Below, piece after piece: positions 57,529 through 64,000 of a DNA stretch of 64,000 nucleotides (within the stretch, counting starts at the first letter, position 1; every line of letters starts with the position of its first letter). Location of the stretch: positions 10,371-74,370 of the forward strand of contig BTVB01000017.1 of the NCBI GenBank assembly GCA_045863275.1, written 5' to 3'. Origin of the DNA: Gemmatimonadota bacterium. Its GTDB lineage: Bacteria; Gemmatimonadota; Gemmatimonadetes; Longimicrobiales; Gaopeijiaceae. Under the pieces are notes generated by a model. That model made no database searches. It was not told the DNA's origin and was given only the letters and a program-made list of their open reading frames with translations. Position numbers and translations under genes: made by a program.

Positions 57529-60500
57529 TCACCCCGCCGGCGACGGCTCCGGCTCCGGCGCCCGCGGAGGCGCGGCGGACGTCGCGCTCCTCCGGGCCTT
57601 CCACCCCTCCAGCACGCCATACGCCGCCGGCGTGATGGTGAGGACGAAGAGCGTGGACGACAGGAGGCCCCCGATGAGGACGAAGGCCAGCGCGTCCCAG
57701 ATGTTGGAGCCTGCCCCCTCCCCGAAGAGGACCAGCGGGAGGAGCCCCAGCACGGTGGTGGCGGTGGTCATGAGGATGGGCCTCACCCGCTCCAGCGTCC
57801 CCTTCACGATGGCGTCGTGGAAGGGGAGCCCGGGCTCCCTGCGGCGCACGCCGTTGACGTGGTCCACCAGCAGGATGGCGTTGTTGACCACGATGCCGAA
57901 CATCATGATCACGCCGATGTACGCCTCCCGCGTGAAGGGCGCGCCGGTGAAGTAGAAGATGAGGAAGACGCCGATGAGGGCCATGGGCACGGTGAGGATC
58001 ACAGCCAGCGGCTGGAGGAGCGACTCGAAGACCGCCGCAGTGACCATGTAGACCAGGAGGAGCGCCACGGCGATGACCATCCAGATCTGCCGCTGGTCCT
58101 CCGGGTTGATCCACCACCCCGTGTCCCCCTTTTCCACCGTGTAGCCCGGGGGCGCCTGGGTGGCCTCGATGACCCTCTCGTGGAAGAGGTCGCCCAGCTT
58201 CTGCGGCCCACGGAACTCGTAGGCCACCGTGCGCTCGTACTGCTGGTTCTCCCGCCGGATCCGCGCCAGGACCTCCCGGGGCTCCACGGTCACCACCTCG
58301 CCCAGGCGGATGCGCTGCCCGTCAGGGGTGTCCACCAGCGTCTCGGTGAGGGCCAGGACGTCCATGTCCTCGTTGGCCTCCAGCTTCACCTGGTACTGGA
58401 CCTCCTCTCCGCCCAGCTTCAGGTAGCCGAGGCGCGCGTTGCCCGCCACGGCCGCCGCCAGGCGGTTCACCAGCCCCTCCACGGTCATGGCGTGGCGGGC
58501 AAGGCGGTCCCGGTGGATGGTGACCACGTACTCCGACGCCTTGTCCCGGCTGAAGCGCCGCGACGACGCGTTGGTGTCCACCTCCTGGACGCGGGACAGG
58601 CGAGACAGCCGGCGGCCGATGTCCTCCGCGATATCCCGGACGCGCTCGTAGTTGTAGCCCAGCACGGTGATGGCGTAGTTGGGCGGACTCGATCCGCCCC
58701 CGTAGAACGAGGGGCCGTAGCCGTAGACGCGCACCTCCGCCCCGGTGAAGGAGTGGGAGTAGGCGAACATCTGCTCCTTGATGGCCACCGGGACCTGCGT
58801 GTTCTCCAGCGAGTCGGGGAACGTGACCTCCATGTACCCCCGGTTCTCGTACACGTCGGCGGTGTACTGCTCCACCTCGGGCATCTGCGCGAGCTTCTCC
58901 TCGAAGAACGACACGAGCTGGTCGGTGCGCTCCAGGTTCGAGCCCCGGGGCAGTTCGATGAACACGCTGATGTACGTGCGCTCCCCGAAGCCCCCGCCGA
59001 AGATGGTCCACGTGGTGACGTACTTGTCGAACAGGTAGTACGAGCCTCCGAAGACCAGCGCCGTGAAGGCGCCGGCGAACCAGGGATGGCGCACGGTGAA
59101 GCCCACCACGTCGGCGTAGAAGCGCACGTAGAGGGGGCGGCGCGTCGCCGCCTCCCCCACGCCCTCCCCCGCGAGGGCGCCCGCGCGTCGCCGCCCCAGC
59201 GTGAGGATGCGCGCCCCCAGAGAGGGGATGAAGCTGAACGCCACGAAGAGCGAGGCCAACAGCGTGAGCCCCACGACCACCGCCAGCGGGACGTAGAACA
59301 CGCGCAGCTCGCCCTGCAGGTACACGAAGGGGATGAAGACGATGAGCGTGGTGGCGGTGGACGCCAGGATGGGGAGCACCACCTCCCTGGCCCCCTCCTC
59401 CGCCGCGTGGCGGGGGTGGTCCCCCCGCTGCCACCGCCGGTACACGTTCTCCAGCACCACGATGGCGTTGTCCACGATGAGCCCGAAGCCCATGGCCAGG
59501 CCCATGAGGGTGAGGAGGTTGAGGGTGAGCCCCCCGAAGTAGATGAGGTTCAGCGCGATGAGGACGCTGAAGCCGATGGTGGCGAAGATGAGCGCGGCGG
59601 AGCGGAACGACCGGAGGAAGGCCAGCAGCACCACGAAGATCACGAGCGCGCTGAAGAGCGCCCGCGTCCTCAGGTCGGTGAGCTGCTCGCGGATCTCCTT
59701 GCTCTCGTCGTCGTCGAGGATGAAGCGCGCCCCGTAGGGGTTGAGGCGCTCCAGGCGCGCCATGCGCTCCTTGACCTCGTCGGCCACGCGTACCGTGTTG
59801 GCCCCGATGGCCTTGGTCACCACGAACGACACCGAGGGGCGCCCGTCGATGCGGCTGAAGGAGCGGGCCTCCTCGTAGGTGTCGTGGACGGTGGCGATGT
59901 CCGACACCCTCACCGGCGTTCCCGCCACCGCCGTGATGACGGCGCTCCGCACGTCCTCCGCGGACTCGGGCCGGTTGACGATGGTGATGGTGCGCTCCAG
60001 CACGTCCTCCCGGACCGCCCCGGCCTCGCGCACCAGGTCCAGCTCCTGCACGCGCTGGCGCACCGTCCAGGGGTCGAGCCCCAGCGCGGCGATCTTCTGG
60101 GGGTCGAGCTTGATCTCCAGGCGGCGCTCCCGGCCGCCCGCCACGCGCACCACGCCCACCCCTTCCACCTGGGCGATCTCCGGCACCACCACGTCGTCCA
60201 CGTGGCGGCGGAGGGCCTCCAGGGTGTAGGGCCCGGTGAAGGTGTACCGGAGGAAGGGGCGGTTCTGCTCCTGGAACTCCTCGGGGACGTATTGCTCCAC
60301 CACCACCCGGTCCGCCCCGGGGGGCAGTTCCTCCTCCAGCGCGGAGATGCGCTCCGAAAGGTCCAGGCGGGCGAAGTCCATGTCCGTGTCCCGAGCGAAC
60401 TCCACCTGGATGTCGGCGGTGCCGATGCCGTTCTCCTCGTAGGACTCGGAGACGATCTCCTCCACGCCGTCCACCTGCTGGATGGCCGACTCCAGGGGCG

Positions 60501-60687
60501 ACGTGAGGAAGGCCTCCACCGTTTCCGGGGAGGCACCCCGCCACGTCCCCCGCACCGAGAGACGGGGCAGACGCGTGTCGGGGAGGAGCTCGATGGGGAT
60601 GTTCCGCCAGGCCGCGACGCCCAGGAGCGCCACCGACGTGTACGTCATGGCCACGGCCACGGGCCGCCGGAGGGAGAGGCGGATCAC
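57529..60687 (-). CDS. RND efflux transporter permease (second of a tandem pair, MdtC-like position)
   Basis: Last 1052 aa of track ORF 57529..60777, from GTG 60687 (1 nt after the upstream stop). RND motifs are present (GFGLIVDNAIVVLENV, FGIVVNNAILLVDHV, RVRPILMTTATTVLGLLPL). Confidence 0.9.
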   Translation of the reverse strand: MIRLSLRRPVAVAMTYTSVALLGVAAWRNIPIELLPDTRLPRLSVRGTWRGASPETVEAFLTSPLESAIQQVDGVEEIVSESYEENGIGTADIQVEFARDTDMDFARLDLSERISALEEELPPGADRVVVEQYVPEEFQEQNRPFLRYTFTGPYTLEALRRHVDDVVVPEIAQVEGVGVVRVAGGRERRLEIKLDPQKIAALGLDPWTVRQRVQELDLVREAGAVREDVLERTITIVNRPESAEDVRSAVITAVAGTPVRVSDIATVHDTYEEARSFSRIDGRPSVSFVVTKAIGANTVRVADEVKERMARLERLNPYGARFILDDDESKEIREQLTDLRTRALFSALVIFVVLLAFLRSFRSAALIFATIGFSVLIALNLIYFGGLTLNLLTLMGLAMGFGLIVDNAIVVLENVYRRWQRGDHPRHAAEEGAREVVLPILASTATTLIVFIPFVYLQGELRVFYVPLAVVVGLTLLASLFVAFSFIPSLGARILTLGRRRAGALAGEGVGEAATRRPLYVRFYADVVGFTVRHPWFAGAFTALVFGGSYYLFDKYVTTWTIFGGGFGERTYISVFIELPRGSNLERTDQLVSFFEEKLAQMPEVEQYTADVYENRGYMEVTFPDSLENTQVPVAIKEQMFAYSHSFTGAEVRVYGYGPSFYGGGSSPPNYAITVLGYNYERVRDIAEDIGRRLSRLSRVQEVDTNASSRRFSRDKASEYVVTIHRDRLARHAMTVEGLVNRLAAAVAGNARLGYLKLGGEEVQYQVKLEANEDMDVLALTETLVDTPDGQRIRLGEVVTVEPREVLARIRRENQQYERTVAYEFRGPQKLGDLFHERVIEATQAPPGYTVEKGDTGWWINPEDQRQIWMVIAVALLLVYMVTAAVFESLLQPLAVILTVPMALIGVFLIFYFTGAPFTREAYIGVIMMFGIVVNNAILLVDHVNGVRRREPGLPFHDAIVKGTLERVRPILMTTATTVLGLLPLVLFGEGAGSNIWDALAFVLIGGLLSSTLFVLTITPAAYGVLEGWKARRSATSAAPPRAPEPEPSPAG

Positions 60688-60688
60688 G

Positions 60689-63600
60689 TCAGTCTCCCGG
60701 TGCCGCCACGAGCTCGCCCACCGCCCTTCGCGCCCGATGGCGCGCCCGCTCCACGGTCTGGTAGACCACCGGGACAACCACCAGCGTGAGCGCGGTGGCC
60801 ACCGCCAGTCCGCCGATGACCGTGATGGCCATGGGCGCCCGCAGGTCGGCCCCCTCCCCGAACCCCAGGGCCATGGGGAAGAGCCCCAGGATCGTCGTCA
60901 CCGTGGTCATGACGATGGGCCGCAGACGCACGCGCCCGGCCTCCATGATGGCCTCCCGCAGCGCCAGCCCGCGTCGCTGGGCCTGGACGATGAAGTCCAC
61001 CTTCACGATGGCGTCGTTGTCCACGATGCCCACGAGGATCACGAGGCCTATGAGGCTCATGGTGTTGATCCCCTGCCCCGTGAGCGCCAGCGCGAAGAGC
61101 GCCCCCACCAGGGCGAGGGGCACGGACATGAGGATGGTGAAGGGGTGGAGGAAGGACTCGAACTCGGCGGCGAGGATCATGTAGACCAGGATCACCGCCA
61201 GCGCGAAGGCCAGCGCCAGGTCCCTGAAGGCCCGCCGCATCTCCTCGTTCTCGCCCCCCACCTCCCAGCGAAGCTCACGGGAGACGGGGATGTCGGAGAG
61301 CACGGCCTCCACGTCCTGGATGGCCTGGTCCAGCCCTCCCCTCGCCACGTCGGCGTAGACCGCGATGACGCGCCCCTGATCCTCCCGGTGGACCTCGGCG
61401 GGGCCCAGGGCCTCCCGGACCGTCACCAGCTCCCGCAGGGGCACGCCGGAGACCTTCAGGCCCTCCAGCGTGGCCAGCGAGTACCGCAGCTCCTGCGGGT
61501 AGCGCACCACGATGTCGATCTTGCGGTCGAAGTCGAGGAACTCGGTGGCCCGGTCCCCCCGCATGGCCCGGTCGATGACCTCCGCCACGGCGCGGGGCTC
61601 GACGCCGAAGGTGGCGCACGCCACCCGGTCGATCTCCACCTGCACCTGGGGCTGCCCCCGTTCGGTGCCCAGGCGCACGTTCCCCAGCGACGCCACTTCG
61701 CGGAGGCGGCGCTCCACCTCCAGGGCCACGCCGTAGGTCTGATCCAGGTCCTCTCCGCGGACGCGCACCGAGATGTCGGCGTCGGTGCCCCCCAGGAGGG
61801 TCCCCAGCGCCGTCACCTGCCCCGTGCGCACCGACATGACGGCCTGGGGCACCTGGGGCGCCAGCTCACGGAGCCGGGCGGACACCTCCTCCGAGGCGCT
61901 CCCCTCCTCCAGCCGGACCCGGAGCGTAGCCGTGTGGAGTCCCGTGGCCTCCTCGCCGGTGGCGTAGGCCTGGACGTCGCGTCCCACGGTGCTGAACACC
62001 GTGCCCACGCCCTCGTCGGCCAGCGTGGCCCCCTCGACGGTGGAAGCGGCCTCCAGCGTCCCCTCCAGGGCGGTGCCCTCGGGGAGCTCGAGGTGGATCT
62101 CCAGCGCGCCCTGGTCCACCGCCGGGAGGAGGTCCCGGGGAAGGAAGGAGCCCACGCCCAGCGCCACGACCAGCGCGGCGAAGGCGCCGCCCAGGACGGG
62201 ACGGGGGTGGTCCAGCGCCCACTCCAGGATCCCGTGGTACCACGTGGCGAAGCGCTCGAAGGCCCGGTCGAACCCATCGACGAGAGGGCGGAAGGCGCGC
62301 CCCACGGCCCGCCCCACCCCGCCCAGCCAGAAGCGGAGGAGCGCCGCGGCCCGCCAGCCGGTCCAGCGGGCTGCCCGTGCGGGGGCCCGTCCCACGCCGC
62401 CCGCCGCCCACAGGAGGGTCCCGACGAGCCCGGGCCTGCGCGTGCGCGGCGCCACCTCGGGCCCCGCCCCCCGGGCCTCCGGCCGGGCCCCGGCGAAGCG
62501 GGCCGCCAGCGAGGGGAGCAGCGTCACCGCCACCAGGAGGGACGCCAGGAGGGAGAAGGCCACCGAGAGGGAGAGGTCCTTGAAGAGCTCCCCCGCCACG
62601 CCCTTCACGTAGATGATGGGCCCGAAGACGGCGATGGTGGTGAGCGTCGACGAGGTGATGGCGCCCTGCACCTCCTCCGCCCCCCGTGCCGCCGCCTCCT
62701 CGGCGCCGGCGCCCAGCTCCTCCCGGTGCCGGAAGATGTTCTCCAGCACCACGATGGAGTTGTCCACGAGCATGCCCACGCCCAGCGCCAGGCCGCCCAG
62801 GCTCATGATGTTCAGGGAGACGCCCGCCGCGCCCATGAGGACGAAGGTGGCCACCACCGAGATGGGGATGGCCAGGGCGATGGCCACCGGGTAGCGGGGG
62901 TCGCGCAGGAAGAAGAAGAGCACGAGAAAGGCGAGGAAGCCTCCCGAGACCAGCGACTGGACCACGTTGGCGATGGCCGCGGCGATGAACCCCGCCTGGC
63001 TGTACGCCACGTCCAGGCGCACCGCCGGATACTCCTCCTCCAGCTCGTCCAGGACGCCGTCCACCGCCTGGGCCACCGTGACGGTGTTGGCCCCCGACTC
63101 CTTGAAGACCAGGAGGCCCACCGCCTCCCGGCCGTTGTAGCGCGCGATGGACTCCCGCTCGGCGAAGCCGTCCACCACCCGCCCCACGTCGCGGAGGCGC
63201 ACGAGACGGACGCCGCCGCCGGGAGCCGCCCCCTGCTGGCGGGCCACCACCACGTCGGCGATCTCCTCGACGGTGCGGAACTCGCCCAGCGTCCTCAGCG
63301 GGTACCTGTACCGGCCCTGGAGGATCGTGCCCCCGGGGGCACTCACGTTGGCTTGCTCCAGCGCCGTCGAGATCCCCTCGATGGTGAGGCCGTAGGCGTC
63401 CAGCAGGCCTGGGTTCACCTCCACCTGGATCTCCCGGTCCAGGCCCCCCGTAACCGCCGCCTGGGCCACGCCGTCGAGCTGCTCCAGGCGCCGGCGGAAG
63501 ACCGTCTCAGCCAGCTCCTTGGTCTGCCAGAGGTCCTCCCCGCCGGCGACGCTCAGGGCCATGATGGGCTCGGACTCGGGGTCCACCCGCAGGATGGCCG

Positions 63601-63976
63601 GGCGCGTCGCGCTCTCGGGCAGGGACTCGCGCACGTTGTCCAGGCGCTCCCGGACGTTGAGCATGGCGAAGTCCATGTCGGTGCCCCACGCGAAGCGGAG
63701 CGTCACCAGGCTCACGCCCTCCCGGGACACCGAGGTCACCCGCTCCACGCCGGGCACGGCGGCCGCCTCCGCCTCGATGCGCTCCGAGACGAGGCGCTCC
63801 ACCTCCGCGGGGGCCACGTCGGGGTACGAGGTGTAGACCACCAGCCGCGGGTAGCTCACGTCGGGGAGGAGGTCGATGGGGAGCCGCTGGTAGCTGATGA
63901 GCCCCAGCAGGATCACCGCCAGGAAGAGCATCCAGACGGCGACGGGCCGCCGGGTCGAGGTTCCGGGGATGGACAC
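60689..63976 (-). CDS. RND efflux transporter permease (first of a tandem pair, MdtB-like position)
   Basis: Track ORF, 1095 aa, GTG start. It begins RRPVAVWMLFLAVILLGLISY. RND motifs are present (VGMLVDNSIVVLENI, VGIVDNDAIVKVDFI, RLRPIVMTTVTTILGLFPMA). Confidence 0.9.
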   Translation of the reverse strand: MSIPGTSTRRPVAVWMLFLAVILLGLISYQRLPIDLLPDVSYPRLVVYTSYPDVAPAEVERLVSERIEAEAAAVPGVERVTSVSREGVSLVTLRFAWGTDMDFAMLNVRERLDNVRESLPESATRPAILRVDPESEPIMALSVAGGEDLWQTKELAETVFRRRLEQLDGVAQAAVTGGLDREIQVEVNPGLLDAYGLTIEGISTALEQANVSAPGGTILQGRYRYPLRTLGEFRTVEEIADVVVARQQGAAPGGGVRLVRLRDVGRVVDGFAERESIARYNGREAVGLLVFKESGANTVTVAQAVDGVLDELEEEYPAVRLDVAYSQAGFIAAAIANVVQSLVSGGFLAFLVLFFFLRDPRYPVAIALAIPISVVATFVLMGAAGVSLNIMSLGGLALGVGMLVDNSIVVLENIFRHREELGAGAEEAAARGAEEVQGAITSSTLTTIAVFGPIIYVKGVAGELFKDLSLSVAFSLLASLLVAVTLLPSLAARFAGARPEARGAGPEVAPRTRRPGLVGTLLWAAGGVGRAPARAARWTGWRAAALLRFWLGGVGRAVGRAFRPLVDGFDRAFERFATWYHGILEWALDHPRPVLGGAFAALVVALGVGSFLPRDLLPAVDQGALEIHLELPEGTALEGTLEAASTVEGATLADEGVGTVFSTVGRDVQAYATGEEATGLHTATLRVRLEEGSASEEVSARLRELAPQVPQAVMSVRTGQVTALGTLLGGTDADISVRVRGEDLDQTYGVALEVERRLREVASLGNVRLGTERGQPQVQVEIDRVACATFGVEPRAVAEVIDRAMRGDRATEFLDFDRKIDIVVRYPQELRYSLATLEGLKVSGVPLRELVTVREALGPAEVHREDQGRVIAVYADVARGGLDQAIQDVEAVLSDIPVSRELRWEVGGENEEMRRAFRDLALAFALAVILVYMILAAEFESFLHPFTILMSVPLALVGALFALALTGQGINTMSLIGLVILVGIVDNDAIVKVDFIVQAQRRGLALREAIMEAGRVRLRPIVMTTVTTILGLFPMALGFGEGADLRAPMAITVIGGLAVATALTLVVVPVVYQTVERARHRARRAVGELVAAPGD

Positions 63977-63979
63977 GGG

Positions 63980-64000
63980 CTAGCGGGCCCCGCCCCCGGT
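63980..64000 (-). CDS. 3' end (6 codons plus stop) of an upstream minus-strand gene, possibly the adaptor subunit of the tandem RND pump
   Basis: The reverse complement of 64000..63980 reads ACC GGG GGC GGG GCC CGC TAG. The stop lies 3 nt before GTG 63976. The identity is a guess from operon logic only. Confidence 0.2.
   Translation of the reverse strand, partial: TGGGAR

Overview
The window is 64 kb, very GC-rich (about 70% judged by eye, not computed) and tightly packed. I support about 58 protein-coding genes and one tRNA. Roughly three quarters of the genes lie on the minus strand. Many neighbouring genes are joined by 1- or 4-nt start/stop overlaps (GTGA, ATGA). Calls rest only on the supplied translations, on my own reading of the DNA, and on motif recognition from memory. 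No database search was possible.

The content looks like core chromosome of a diderm bacterium, because it carries TolC, an Omp85-type barrel and lipoboxes. The gene style suggests Gemmatimonadota or a similar high-GC lineage, but that is only a guess.

Main blocks, left to right:
- rfbC fragment, followed by a small-membrane / SnoaL-like / MATE operon.
- Thioesterase plus nitronate monooxygenase, then an exported DppA-type peptidase.
- A long co-directional minus-strand array: tetR-tolC-adaptor-RND, then DinB, membrane proteins, a sigma-70 region-2-only ORF, DUF1295 and a PAT acetyltransferase.
- Exported amidohydrolase, an EamA transporter and an M1 aminopeptidase.
- An unassigned pair: a three-repeat secreted protein plus an Omp85-like barrel.
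- YheT hydrolase, AI-2E transporter, arfB, a REC-PAS-PAS regulator and tRNA(CAU).
- trkA-trkH-ktrB-ktrA, then upp and pcm.
- A 552-aa Rossmann protein of unknown function.
- M50-scpA-scpB-rluB.
- A Sco1-PCuAC fusion, then rpsT.
- pyrR-pyrB-pyrC.
- nhaC plus a GGDEF cyclase, a GHL10 lipoprotein, and lexA-tadA.
- glnS (with a YqeY tail) coupled to gltX.
- Exported M29 peptidase and a Trx-VKOR fusion.
- Two tandem RND permeases.

I saw no rRNA, CRISPR array, transposase, integrase, phage gene or obvious defence gene.

The most interesting items:
- The uncharacterised repeat-protein / Omp85-like pair with its structured leader carrying a sigma-54-like motif.
- The orphan sigma region-2 ORF.
- A LexA homologue whose cleavage site and catalytic Lys appear substituted.
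- Several unusual domain fusions.

Most very long ORFs in the track are antisense artefacts of the high GC content.
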